From Camelus ferus (taxonomy: Eukaryota), in contig NC_045697.1 in NCBI RefSeq assembly GCF_009834535.1, positions 13,580,001 to 13,644,000 on the forward strand: a stretch of DNA of 64,000 bases. The letters are read 5' to 3'. Position numbers and translations under genes: made by a program. The notes below the pieces were generated by a model, which saw nothing but the letters and a program-made list of their open reading frames with translations, was not told the origin of the DNA and made no database searches. Shown one piece after another: positions 14,425-27,819 of the stretch; the first letter of the stretch is position 1; every line of letters starts with the position of its first letter.

Positions 14425-14630
14425 CAGCTATCTTCTATAGAGTTCTGGCTACTTGCCAGGCACTGAGTTGTGCGCATTAAAGTGAACCATTGCATAGGAT
14501 TTTCCCAGCAGATCTTTGCAGGAGATGCTCTCATTATTCTAGTGTTACAGATTAGGAGATTACATAACTTGTCAAAGATCACCCAGCTACTAAGCAGTGA
14601 GCTGGAATTTGAACCCTGAGAGTTACCTTT
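14425..14630 (-). mobile_element. MIR SINE
   Basis: GCCAGGCACTG..TTACAGATTAGGAGA..AACTTGTCAAAGATCACCCAGCTACTAAG..GGAATTTGAACCC. Confidence 0.75.
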
Positions 14631-14913
14631 CTCTAATATATTTAGGATAAATAGGGTCTGGCTTATGTCCATCCTCTGAATTAGCCTGTTCTGTGGCCAG
14701 TTTTCCCTGCTCTTTGGGTCTCTCTCCAGAAATCTGCGATGTTCTTGTGGTTACCTGGCTCTTCACAGTGGATCGTCACCTCTGGTCCCCATTGCCATAT
14801 GAAGGTAAAGCATCACTTCCTGTCTCATTCAGATCATTCACTTTCCCACAGTTCCATTGACACAAGGTTGTTGTGAATACAGAACTTTTAATGAAATGCT
14901 GGGATAAAATTTT

Positions 14914-15892
14914 TTATTTTTATTTCTACATTATTTATTGAGTTACAGTCATTTTACAACATTGTGTCAAATTCCAGTGTAGAGCACAATTTTTCAGTTA
15001 TACATGAACATATATATATTCATTGTCACATTTTTTTCCTCTGTGAGCTACCATAAGACCTTGTATATATTTCCCTGTGATATGTAGTATAAATTTGTTT
15101 ACCTATTCTACATTTTGAAATCCCAGTCTGTCCCTTCCCACCCCTCACCCCCTTGGCAACCACAAGTTTGTATTCTGTGTCTATGAGTCTGTTTCTGTTT
15201 TGTATTTATGTTTTGTTTTTTTTAGATTCCACATATAAGTGATCTCATATAGTATTTTTCGAATATATAGGCAGCTCTTATGACTTAATAAGAAAAAAAC
15301 AAACAACCCCATCCAAAAATGGGCAGAAGACCTAAACAAGCAATTCTCCAAGGAAGACATACAAATGATCAATAGGCACATGAAAAAATGCTCAATATCA
15401 CTAATTATCAGAGAAATGCAAATCAAAACTACAATGAGGTATCACTTCACACCAGTCAGAATGGCCATCATTCAAAAGTCCACAAATAACAAATGCTGGA
15501 GAGGCTGTGGAGAAAAGGGAACCCTCCTACACTGCTGGTGGGAATGCAGTTTGGTGCAGCCATTGTGGGAAACAGTATGGAGATTTCTCAACAGACTAGG
15601 AATAAGCTTACCATATGACCCAGGAATCCCGCTCCTGGGCATATATCCAGAAGGAACCCTACTTCAGGATGACACCTGCACCCCAATGTTCATAGCAGCA
15701 CTATTTACAATGGCCAAGACATGGAAACAGTCTGAATGTCCATCAACAGATGACTGGATAAAAAAGAAGTGGTATATTTATACAATGGAATATTATTCAG
15801 CCATAAAAACTGACAACATAACACCATTTGCAGCAACATGGATGTTCCTTGGAGAATGTCATTTTAAGTGAAGTAAGCCAGAAAGAGAAAGA
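14914..15892 (-). mobile_element. Young L1 insertion with 5' inversion (twin priming)
   Basis: T-rich tail and 3' UTR on the minus strand at 14914-15260. ORF2 C-terminus on the plus strand at 15261-15892 (ORF 15365-15871, [19 protein letters not shown]...[18 protein letters not shown]). AAAATTTT flanks at 14906-14913 and 15893-15900. Confidence 0.93.
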
Positions 15893-18800
15893 AAAATTTT
15901 AAAAATTCACCACAGAGACATAAATTTATATTTTAAAGCTAAACATCTCTGTTCTTCTGAGCCCTTGCCATGGGAAATCCTCCACTAGCTGCCTCTTTCC
16001 CTCTGATTGGGCATCCAGCCATGTTGCTGGAGTTCTTCCTCTCACCACCTCCTGTATCCCCAGCTGTAAGCTTCCAATCAAATCTAAGTTCCTATTAGCC
16101 TTCTATGCAAAGCTTCTCTGACTAGGTCTTGGGTGCATCTTTGCGTGTCTCAAATTTCTTAACGTATTGTGTATTTTTTAAGAGAAAGAGGACAACCTCT
16201 TCTAGTATCAACACTTAGACTACCAGAACCTATAGAAGCTTAGAATCCTTACATTTGAAATTATACCAGATACATTTTAGGCAAAAATTTCTAAAGAACA
16301 AACTTCTTGTTATTTGTACATTTTCTAGATTTCCCAAATAGAAGACATATCTTTGAACCAAAAAAATGCTTTATTTCAATAAACAAAACCAATGAACTTA
16401 TTGTATTATAATTTATTTTAAGTTTAGTTATTGCCCTATGTCTGCACTTACCCATCTACATGATTTAGGTGGATTTATTTACTTGTTTTGGTCTTGGAAT
16501 CCTCCCCTTTGAGAGGGGACTTCTCTATTTTCCATACCTTCTCACCTCTCTCATTGACCTTTCAGTTTTCTACTGCTGTTCAGGTAACTCCATAATGAAG
16601 CTTTTATGATCCAGCACTGCCAAAGTCGTATCTTGCTTCCAGAACTCTCTTACTGGTCACACTCAAATGTCCAATTAGATATGCCTTATTAATAGGATTA
16701 CTGAATATTTTCTCACCCTAATTAAGACAATTTGAGAATTTAAGGCAATGCTATTAATTATTACACCTCTTAAACCAGGATCGCCCAGGTAACTGGAGAT
16801 CTATGGTCAGCCTTTATTAGGGAAAGTTCATGCTTTGAAACTTTCCAATTTAAGGGGAGGAAATGGAAAGTTTTAAATGTTAGGCTTCAAAGTTAACATC
16901 TTAATTTTATCCAGAGTCTTCCATGACTTCAGGAAAAAGGTGAGGGAAGGGAACATTAATTGAGATGCTTCTGTGTGTTAGGTCAACACACTGCTAGGTG
17001 CATTGTATAGATCATCCCTTACTCTCGCAAGAACCTTCCTCAGTAGAGTTATGATCATTTTACAATTGCTTGGTTGACAAAGGAGAAATTTAGGGACAGA
17101 GGAATCTTCCAGCATTTTTCTCATCATAACCTATTGGCAGCTGTTGACTCTGTCTAACAAAGCCAGTCTTTGAAAGGTACAGTTAATCCCACCTTATCCA
17201 GTTTTATCTACTGGAGTAAAATACCCAGGCTCTTTCTCTATTTTCTAATGATATCAATGACTTTGATCTAAAGTCTTTAATTCTTATTCATATTTAATAT
17301 CTGCTTCAGAAGTTTCTTTCTAAATGCATGTCCAATATTTGTGTTACTCAAGTACAGGTAGCAGCTACAAATCTTTTTCGTTCTGTTTATGCAACAATTC
17401 TCTGTATCTCGTGCTTGGCTCCTCGGAAGAGGAGAAAGAGGAAAGGGGATATTTGCCTCATTCTTTCCTGGGATTCACAATTTGTGAAAAGTTTGTTGCT
17501 CTTGAAAAATTCTGTAAGTAAAGATGTCGACTACCCACACCTGCAATAGCAGTAGGTAGCTCGCATTAATCAATGAAAATAACTTAGGTCCAAATGGAAG
17601 AACTGCTGGGACTCAAAGTAGTTCAACTCTTTTCTTTAGCTTTTCCATTTTGTATTTTACTTAATTTTCTCTCTGACAAAAACTTAACAAATAAACAAAA
17701 TGTTAAGACCATTTTATTTAAACAAAAGTGTCTAGGGAAAGAAAAAGGACACATAAATTTACATGTGTATAGTCTTCAAATATAGGCTGAGCACACAATT
17801 TTGGCTTCAAGTAGTACAATATTTTTCCTTCAACCACACACACACACGTAGATAAATTAATTATTTAATATATATCTCCTAAGTGCCTACTATGTGCCAT
17901 GAACTATGCAAGGTTCTAGAAATTCAAAAATATTAAAAGCAAGCTTTGCTCTCTTAAGAATTTAAATTTAAGTGGAAGATACATATCCAACGGGGTTGAT
18001 GTCCATCCATTTCTAAATAACTGATTGGTTGTTAGAGAAGGATCGATTAAAAGAAAGAATTTAACCCTGTCTTCTTTAAACTACATTCTGAGGGAAAAAT
18101 TGGCCCCTTTTATTGAAAGTATACAAAAATATTTTGAAAATATATTCTCTAATTCTTTAAAATATGTTCTACCTACAATCTGTATTTGTTCATTACCCTC
18201 TGGGAACTCATACCAGGCTTTAGAAGATATGTGGGGAAAAAATAAAACCCTTAGGAACAAATAAACCAGAAGTATTAAAGCATTAAGGAGTTCACCTAAA
18301 TTAAATACTTACAGCAGCAACAATTTAATTTAAATTTGGCATATGTCAAGGAAATTTTTTTAGTTTCTGTGAAATTATGAACAAAAGTCTTGCAGTTTCA
18401 TGAGTCTGTGAAATTAAACAATGTAAAATATTAAAAGTGTTAGCAGTTTTAGTAACATTCATTAAATCCACAGGTATCTTGTAACGCATATTGCTATGGA
18501 CTCATGAAGTTTAGGCAGGCATTTTACACGTTGAAACCTGAAAAAAAATTCTAAGAGACATATTACACCATTTTAAAATACAATAAGCACTTTCAATGAT
18601 GAATGAAAAAGAAAATTCACAGTTCCATATGTCTGAATAAATATTTCAATTATTTTATAGATTTTTTTAGGATGGTATGTATAACAACTGTTGATTGTCT
18701 AAGTAAGGAATTAAGAGGTCCTCATTGTGTTTTTAAAGTTTGTGAAAATTGCCAATTTGTTGTTTTATGTTAGGGATTGAATGTATTTTTTTTCTCCTTT

Positions 18801-19801
18801 CAACATCAGTAGTGACTACCACCTACCCTCATAAATATTATTGGAGGTGAATCAAGGGGCTAATTGTTATGTCTACAGTACACTACAAAAATTTATTTCT
18901 ACTGCCCCTGCAGAGGCATTTCCGTCTGATCATAATCATTCTTCTCCTTAACAACTATTTGATTTTACCTGATAGATATTTTTAATCCTAAAACCAACTA
19001 AGACTCCTTGTATATTCTAGTTGCAAGAAAGTTTAGATATAACTTTAAGAACTACTATGAGGAACTGAAGTAAGGATGCAGGGAGCAATATTTGGTTGCC
19101 TACAGGGTTTTATTTGTCCCCTGAATGTGTGGGTTTTGGTTTTTGTTTTTGTAAACTCTGTTTGGACAATTAGACATTTCACAAACACATACACAGAGAA
19201 CACACACACAATTTTTACAAAAGTCCACCCATATTCTTACCACACTTAGCTAAGAGTGAGTCCCTCTTAAAGGAAGTAATTGAACAAAGTCTCCACTACC
19301 CACATTACCAGTAAATTGGCCCACTTCATTCATTTACATCATGTATCTGCTTCCCATTAACTATTCGGTTTTGTGCGCTCTGCTTTTTGGTGTATGTTTC
19401 CCTCATTTCTGCCTCAATTTCATGTTATTTCTCATTTATTTACTTTCCCTCTCATTTTTACCAATTTATAATATTTTTCCTGCATTTCAGTGGTTTTCAA
19501 GTAAAAGTTGAGGTATGAATAAAAGAAACAAATGCTGATTAAGTGTGACAATGTATTACCAGGTTAAGTATTTCCATATTCTTCTTGCAACACTAATATT
19601 GCATTTTTGTTTGGTTTTTATTTTTTTATCTACTTCAGATCTTTTCAAAATGAGATAGAGACTGTTGTAAAACCAACCTTAACCTTTTTTTTTAAAACAA
19701 TCGCATTTTTACCAATGCTATCTTCAGACATTTTCACAGGATCTATCAGTTGAGCCAGTTTGGCTGCAACATGATCACAGAAGTATAGACAAATACATGA
19801 G

Positions 19802-20220
19802 TGTGATAGTTGACTTTTTTGTGTCAACCTTGGCAGGTCATGGATTGCCCAGATGTCTGATCAAATACTACTGCAGGTGTTTCTGTGACAGTATTCTGAA
19901 TGAGATTAACATTTCAACTGTTAGACTTTGAGTAAAGCAGATTGTCCCTCATAAATTGGGTGGGCCTCATCCAATCAGTTGAAAACTGGAATAGAACAAA
20001 AACATCAGCCTCTCCTGAGCAAGAGAGAATTTCTCATCAGAAAGCTTTCAGACTCCACCTACATTATTGGTCTTATTCTACAGCAGACTGACTTCAGATT
20101 GGAGCCACAGCCTCCCCTCTCCTGGGATCTCTGACCTGCAAGCCCACCTGTGCAGTTTTGGACTTGTCAACTACCATAATCACTTGAGGTAAGTCCTTAT
20201 AATAAATCTCTTTTTCTCAT

Positions 20221-20253
<33 letters not shown>

Positions 20254-20315
20254 ACATGTATATGTACACACATGTTCTATTAGTTCTGTTTCTCTGGAGA
20301 ACCTTAACTAAAACA
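19802..20315 (+). mobile_element. ERVL solo LTR (MLT2-like)
   Basis: TGTGATAGTT..TGTGTCAAC start, GGGTGGGCCTCATCCAATCAGTTGAA, AATAAA then (TC)n, TCTGTTTCTCTGGAGAACC..ACA end; flanks ATGAG/ATAAG. Confidence 0.92.
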
Positions 20316-20535
20316 ATAAGTTATTTAACTAAACTTCCAGGTTACACAAAGAACCATCTGATTGTGACAAAAATTCAGAAGTCAAGCATGTTTCTAACGT
20401 CTTTGAAGTGGATGCTGCTGGCTTTCTTCTTGAGCACTCCATGCTTGGCGTGTTTCATGCTCTTTTTTAAAAGCTGCTATTTATTGATCCCTTTCTAAGT
20501 TTTGGCAATTATAGTAGTTAACTATATAACTTAAC

Positions 20536-20893
20536 TGTCTTAATCAATTCAGGCTGTTTTAATAAAAAATACTACAGGCTGGGGGCTTAAACAGCAAACA
20601 TTATTTCTCACAGTTCTGGGAGTGGGTGGTACCAGGGTAAGGGGCTGGCAGATTTGATATCCAGGGAGAGCTTGCTTCCTGGTGCCTAGATGGCCATTTT
20701 CTCACTGTGTCTGTACGTGGTGGAAGGGGCAAGAGAGGGCTCTGGGGGCTCTTTTATAAAGGCATTAATTCCATGCATGAGTGGTCTACACACATGACCT
20801 AATCACCTACCAAAAGCCCTAGTTCCTAAGACCATCACACTGAGGATTCGAATACATGAATTATACATAGGACATAAACTTCAACCCATAACA
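20536..20893 (-). mobile_element. MaLR solo LTR (MLT1A/MST-like)
   Basis: TG..CA ends, GGCTTAAACAGCAAACATTATTTCTCACAGTTCTGG; perfect 5-bp TSD TTAAC. Confidence 0.92.
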
Positions 20894-20899
20894 TTAACA

Positions 20900-21050
20900 T
20901 ATGTTGATCCATTTAATTCATTCATCAATCCTGAGAGTTAGGTACTATTGTCTCTTTTTTAAAGATGAGCCAACTAAAATTAGAGAAGTTAAATAACTTT
21001 CCCAAGGTCACAAGGGCAGAAAGCGGTTCAATTAAGACTGCGCTTAGGTT
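20900..21050 (-). mobile_element. MIR SINE
   Basis: AGATGAGCCAACTAAAATTAGAGAAGTTAAATAACTTTCCCAAGGTCACA. Confidence 0.7.
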
Positions 21051-21210
21051 GAGTTACTTCAAAGAACATGTTTGGTTTTTTTTCCCCCTCTTCCAAGTTT
21101 GTTGGCTGCTTCTATGAACAGGAAGATTCTTTCCCAAAAGAGCTGGCAAGGCGTGATGCAGCTAAAACTGGTGCGAATGCCTGGAAACTTCCAAAGTGGG
21201 CTGCACTTAT

Positions 21211-21705
21211 TGTTACCAAGTCCAAACTCATTCTGCTTGATGCATGACAGGCCAATAAATAGGGAGATGAGACAAGGTTTGGGGGCAAGGAATACAACTT
21301 TATTTGGAAAATCAGCAGATCAAGAAGATGGGAGACTAATGTCCTAGAGAAACATCTACCCCAAATCAGAATTTAGGCTCCTTTTATACTAAGAAGGAGA
21401 GGGGTTTTGGTTGTTTGTTGCAAGCTTCTTGGTGTTGGAATCCTTTGTTCTTCCAGCTGTCAAGTCATGGTGCCCCTGTAAACCTGTAAAGTGTTATCTT
21501 CTATTCTTCAACTTTTTATCTTTATATGAGTGGGGAAGTGTTATACCCTTAAAGGCCAAACTATCCTGTATATTTCAGGCTATAGGCAGCTTTCTTTTAC
21601 ATAAAGTGCAGAATCAGCATGACTAAGCCCAGGAAACAGAGCACACAGGGTTAAAGCCAAAGGAACAGATCTAATATGGAGTCAGATTTGTTCTTCCCTA
21701 CAACA
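21211..21705 (-). mobile_element. ERV1-class solo LTR
   Basis: TGTT..AACA termini, 4-bp TSD TTAT (21207-21210, 21706-21709), minus-strand AATAAA near 21300 and TATAAAA near 21385. Confidence 0.8.
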
Positions 21706-21899
21706 TTATGATAAAATTCTAGTAGAAAAACAAAGTTGATGAGAGCAGAATAAGCAAAGGATGAAAGGAATTTTCTATTTCCTTTTTTAAAAAACTAAAG
21801 AATTCACTCATTTGACACTCGTGAGATAACATGATTTTCTTTTAAATGTCAACAATCCCTTGTAATAAACCTAAACTTAATCGATCATAACTTGGTGTG

Positions 21900-24800
21900 A
21901 ATTCTGCATGCTCCACTCTCCCTTTGCTCCTACTCACTTAGTAGCACATTTTCTGCTCCTATAAAAATACTCTGTCTCAAGGCTCTTGTACTTTTTATTC
22001 CCTCTACCTAGCAGGCTTGTTCCTGGCTTATTTCAGGCTTAGCCCATCCTCCACCTTTAAATCCACCTTAATCAGAGTAGCTTTCCTTAAGGTGTCTAAG
22101 GTACTATTGAAGATAGCTTCTCCTCTCATTTATTTTCTCTCCTGTCACTCTGTTTATTTTACTCATATTTATCACATTTTGAAGTTCTTAAAAATAATTT
22201 ATTTTTGTAGTTGCCTTGCTTTATTTTTGTCTGTGAATTTTTGCTTTTATTACATCTATTCTCTGTTTTTCTAATAATCATATAATAACTTGGGGGTGAT
22301 AATTATCCTTCAGCCCCCCACCCCCGTTTTTACAGTCTTCTATTAAGGCACCTTAGCCAAGAGGCTTACATATAAGCCAGTTCAATTAGAATTCCACTTT
22401 CTACAGTGGAAACTCTTCATTAATTTTTTTTTTTATTATTTTGTGTTTGGTTTTTATATAGTTCCTCCGAACAGCCATTGCTCCTGTGCTAATTTTTTAG
22501 GTTTTTTGTTTGTTTAATTTTAGGTTACCTCGTACCCTTTTTAATATAGTATTTCATTCTTTGGCATGAGTTAAACAGAATCAACATCTATAGTTATACT
22601 GCTCTGTTTCTGCAAAGCAAAATGTAAGCTTCATGAGGGCAGATACTCTGTTTTGTGCACTAAACACCTGGAATAGCATCTGAGAGGTAATGTGCACTTA
22701 ATTATATTTTTTGAATAATGAGTGAATGAATTCAGTTTTCTGGAGTAATTGGATCCAAGGGAGATGCAAGTTTCTAGCTTTCAATCCTTTGTATGAGTTT
22801 GTTCCCACATCTCATATACTTGCTTTCTCCCCAAAAGGATCGTGAAGCCTTCCCTCTCTACTCCTGGCCCTCATTGTCACTCCCTGCAGAAGTCAGCATG
22901 TTCTAATTTACTGTGAGAATCAACACCAGAACTAACCAGACTCAATATTCTAAGCTGTGCTACTTTGCTTAAGCATGCTCAGTTGCCCTCTTTGCAAAAT
23001 GGAGATAATGAAACTTACTATCTCATATTTAATGCTGTAAGTTCACCAAGCCCTGTTCTATCTCCTTTTTTGGCATCCATCAAGGTTCCTTGGCAAGCTT
23101 TGACAGTGAGTCAGGGATAACGTGACTCTAGGCAGAATTAGTGCATGCCACTTTCAAGCCTGATCCCTAAAAGTTTGGGTTTAGTCCTACACAAACTCTT
23201 TCCCCTGTTCTATCAGCCATCTGCTTTCCAGTGGAGAATTCCAAACACTCGATGGCTGGGCAAGGGAAATGAATCTGGATAGCCACTGAATGACTATTTT
23301 CCCTTGATGTGAGCATGCAGTAAAACTTTAATTAAGCCACTAAGATTTTGCCTTTTTTAAAATTATGGCATATAACCTAAACTAAGTAGACCTATAATTA
23401 CAAGAGTTCTTATGAGAATTACTTAGGATAAAATTCAGTACCAAGCCTGTCTCATAAGGAAAATTCAATAAATGTTATTCTCTTCTTTCCCTCTGTTCAT
23501 TGGACCTTGTCCACTTGAAAAATCTATACATCTTTACCAACCCAGTTTTATACCTTTTTATCACTGACATGAAAACTGTCCTCTTTCTTTATTGGATTAT
23601 AACTACTATGTATTTTTTCATTTCAATCTTTGGAACTTGCTCCATTAATTAATTTACCTGATTTCTTTTGAAACTTTTCTTCTCCAGTGGTTCTTCTCTG
23701 CTTATGGATACACTATCATTTCATGCATTCATAGAGAAATCATTTCATCTCTGCTATGCCATTAATCTACAGTCATTTCCCCTATATTTTGCAGAAAAAA
23801 AGTAATTTATATTCCCTGTCTCTATTTTTCCACTACTTTTTCACTTCTCAAAGTTTTGTGTTTGAGTCTTCCTCTCCTTCATTCTACTTGAAATGTTTTC
23901 TCAGAGGCCTCTCATTTCTTTCTTCTTTTCTTCCTTTCTTCCTTTCTCTCTTTCTCTCTTTCTTTCTCTCTTAATTGAAGTACAGTTGATTTAGGTTACA
24001 TGTTTTAAATGACCAAATTAAATTAGCAGTTTTCCTTGACTTCTCTTCATCATTGAAAACTGTTGACTCAAATCTTCTTGTTTGGCTATTTCTAGTAGCT
24101 AGCTTTGGTCTTTTCATCACTGTTGCCTGGCATCTTGCCCCTCAGACTTCTATGGAAATTCAGCCACATGTAGAGTTTTCACAGTTCACAGCAATGCCTC
24201 TGAGTTGTGTACCTCTAGTCTTAATCTGTCTTTTGGGATCCATCTGGACCTTCCTAATGGTCCAGTAGACATAATCATTCATGAAAATCTATTTATTTTA
24301 AGACAAACCATTTCCTCCTCTTAAACTATTCTGATCATGTCTAAAACTCAACTCCTTATTACCACTTTAGTTATATTTTCCTTTTAAATGTGCTAAGTGG
24401 CACTTTTTTTCCCCCAAACCATCCAAGTTTGAAACTATAAACCATCAGTTTTTTATTATTCATTCTCATTCATCACATTCAATTAGTTGAATCATTTCCT
24501 CCTCAAAATATCTTGGATAAGTCTTTTTTCTTTTCATCCTCTTGGCTCATGAATGGCACCACCAACTCAATTGCTCAAACCAGAAAAGAATGTCCCATCC
24601 TTAATTATTCCCACTCCTTCCCCAAATTACAGCAGTTCACCAATTTCTTCATATTTTAATTATGAAACACTGTTTGTATTCTTCTTCAGTTGTCCTTTCT
24701 CACTGCCAGTATCCTGGATTAGCCTCCCAAAATCTGTCATGGGTATCACTCTGAAAGATTTTATCTGGTTTTTCTATGATAGTCTTCTTTTACCCCATTC

Positions 24801-25640
24801 AAATTCCTGAAATCCACTATTCACAGACTAACCAGAGTGGCATTTCTAAAGTCAGATCTGATCATCTCCTGCTGTCTTTCAAAGACGCCTCATTGTATTC
24901 AGTATGAAGTGCAGAGTCCTGAAGAAGGCTTATGCTGTTCCATGTCTGGAGCCCCACTAAGTATCCAGCTTCATTTTTGTCTTCAATCACATTGATCTTT
25001 CAAGACACAATATTTATTTATTAGTAGTATTTTAAAATATTCTATAGTATCTTCTGTCTCCAGGCCTATGAGTATGCCATTTATTATAGGTAAAACTTTT
25101 ACTGCTCCCAGTCATTTATCTGGATAACTGCAACTCACTCTGTTTTGTACTTAAACAAAGCATTGTCAGATAATTTGTTGTTCAAGCTGGGATTTTTTTT
25201 TTTTTTGAGAGTAGAAAGAGATAATAACAATAATTCTGCCAGGAAACAGACATACATAGGATCTATTCTGTGAAAACCAAGATACAGGATAACCCAAATT
25301 AGGCACTGCCTCTTGGAAAAATGTTCTGAGTGTCAAGAATAAAACATAATATTTTATTATATTGTATTTTTATATTACTTATAATTATAAAATTAACTTG
25401 GAGTTGACAATTAGAACATAAATACAATTTTAAAAATTATATTTACATAATTTAAATGTCCTACAATATCACTTACACTCTCATGATTTTCTTCATATTT
25501 ATTTTATCTCCTTTAGACTCCATGTTCATTAAGGACAGGGTCTGTGCCTGTCATATTCGTGCATATGCCCTAGCGTAGAGTCATCCCAGTTCACAGCACA
25601 TAGACTACATTCAACCATTGTGCATTGAGCAACTGAGTTG
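21900..25640 (+). mobile_element. Cluster of fragmented L2 copies with nested MIR/MLT pieces
   Basis: L2 tails at ~22620-22730 (AATGTAAGCTTCATGAGGGCAG..TGAATGAAT) and ~25515-25620; internal motif CTAAAGTCAGATCTGATCAT. Confidence 0.55.
25163..25300 (+). mobile_element. hAT-Blackjack MITE (MER81-like); a second fragment lies at ~16715-16815
   Basis: ATAATTT..TTTTGAGAGTAGAAAG..AATAATTCTGCCAGGAAACAG..ATAACCC resembles the recalled MER81 consensus. Confidence 0.5.
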
Positions 25641-26479
25641 TTACCAGCTTGACTGAGATGAAATCGTGTCATCTCTCTTTTACTATGTAAACCACAATTG
25701 TCACAGCTCTTGTAATTGTATACTCCATATTCAGATGCTTCGTGAAAAAGCATGACTATAATGACAAATATCCCCTATTAAAGTTATCCAACTTTCTCTA
25801 TTGCCTCACAAACTAGGGACATGTTTTCTAAAATAGCATTTGAGGCCTTCTACAAGTGTCCAAGTTTGTCATTACTCAGAACACTCCTCTATTTACTATG
25901 TGTTCCCAACAAAATGCACTTTATTCAGTTCTTTTAAAAAAACTTCCATACCTCTGCAACTGCATGGATTTCCCAATATCCATTTTTACTTTTTGCACGC
26001 CTCTCAAATTCATTCCTGTCTATATTCTATCCTCATTAAAACCTAATCTAAGACAATATTACCTCTTAGAATATTTTCTAATTAATTTAGGAAGGTAATA
26101 AATTGAATTCTTTTGAACCACTATAAATCATTGTTTTCCTTGACTGGATTAGCTGATGGCAGTCACAATTTGGAATCACAAGGTTGAGACTCTATTTCCA
26201 AGTCTTTTAGTGTAATAATATTTGCAGTTGAGAGCTATTCCCGGGCAACCTTCAGCAGTAGAATCATGATAATAGCAATAGTTACCTTGGTATGATTTCT
26301 GTAAAGATCATATTACCAAGTGAAAGCATTTGTATTGGAATAAAAGACTCTTCAATGCAAGTCAGTATTTTCCTCAGTTGCTGAACTAAGCTGGAGAACA
26401 CTTACAGAATCATAGGTTTCCATAATCTTGCTTAGTTATGCATTGAGTGGCTTATGAATAATGGTGGTTTCTAGAACAA

Positions 26480-27245
26480 GATTGCATAGATTTATTTTCT
26501 CCTGCTCTCCCCTCCTAAATATAAATACACTGGAAATTATAATGAAAATATTAAAGGGATCTGAAAGCCAGAAAGAAAGAGGCAAATTGGCTAAAGACCA
26601 CAATAATTTGAGGAACAATAAAGCAATATGCTTGGGTTTTCATTTTATATCCCATAAACCACTGGACTGGGTTCTAGAGAGACTTGTAGCCCATTCAGCA
26701 CATTGCTACCAACAGGCCCAGGACAAAACATACAAGAAAAGCCTACTCTCTCCAGCCAAAAATAATAATAATAATAATCAGGGAAAGGGAAGTCTAACCT
26801 AGTGAGGAGCCCCTGGCCACCACTCCTAAGCTCAGGCCAGCTGGGAGTCTGACCCCTTCCAGGAGCTAAGCCCTAGGCTGACAAGTCCCAGTTCCACAGC
26901 CTGGATGTCAGAGAAGTTTGTCTGCCAACAGCAGTAGCAGCAGTAAAAGCCTATGACTCCCTGCCCTCCAAGTGGCATAGGGAGAACCAGGACCAGCCAC
27001 TCCTGCTACCCTCCCCCCTAGACAGTCCCTCAGCAATAGCAGACAACCCAAGAAAGTGCCTTCCACTCCTACAATCAGCAGCAGAACAGATTATCCAGAA
27101 GCCCTGGCAGCACCAGAAGAATAAAACAAGAATAGCTTTGTGAGCACTCAGAAAGTTAAAGTATCATCAAAACAATAGTCCACAGAAGTTCACCAGAACC
27201 TATATGCTCAACTTAAACAGAATGACTGCCAGCTAAAATAGAAGA
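26480..27245 (+). mobile_element. Old L1 5'-region fragment (L1M-type)
   Basis: Ends ACCTATATGCTCAACTTAAACAGAATGACTGCCAGCTAAAATAGAAGATT, resembling recalled L1M 5' consensus. Confidence 0.5.
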
Positions 27246-27249
27246 TTCT

Positions 27250-27819
27250 TGTCTCATCTCCTCCCCTTCAGTGTGGGCTGGTACCTAGTTACTTCTTTCT
27301 AAAGAATAGAACACAGCAAAGGTGATAGAATGGACTTCATTCTAAAGAGTAGGAAGCAGCAAAGGTGATGGGAAGTCACTGCCATGGTTAGGCTACGTAA
27401 GTTGTAACTCCTGTCTTGCTATTAGCCCCAATAACCACCACCACCACCACCACACAAGCCCTGTCTTAGCTGAATCAATTTGCCATATTGGAGAAGCCAA
27501 CAAGGCAAGAAATTGACCATGGTCTCTGGTAAACAACCAATAAAAAACTAAGGCCTAAAACCCAACAACAAACAATGAACTGGATTCTGCAAATCATGTA
27601 AGTAAGCATAGCTGTTGGTCCTTCCTCAGTTGTGCCTTCAGATAAGACCCCAGCCCTGTTTGACAACTTGATTACAGCCTTGAGAAAGATCAAGCATCTG
27701 AGAAGCCAGTTAAGCTGTTAGCAGACTCATGACCAACAGAAACCATGAGATAATAAATGTACGTTGTTTAAGTTGCTAAATTTGGGTAATTTGTGACACA
27801 GCAATAGATAACTGATACA
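27250..27819 (+). mobile_element. MaLR LTR (MLT1F-like)
   Basis: GAGATAATAAATGTACGTTGTTTAAGTTGCTAAATTTGGGTAATTTGTGACACAGCAATAGATAACTGATACA 3' end. Confidence 0.85.

Noticed and set aside
15365..15871. 168-aa ORF as a host gene
   Set aside because: It is the L1 ORF2 cysteine-rich C-terminus inside a truncated, inverted insertion.
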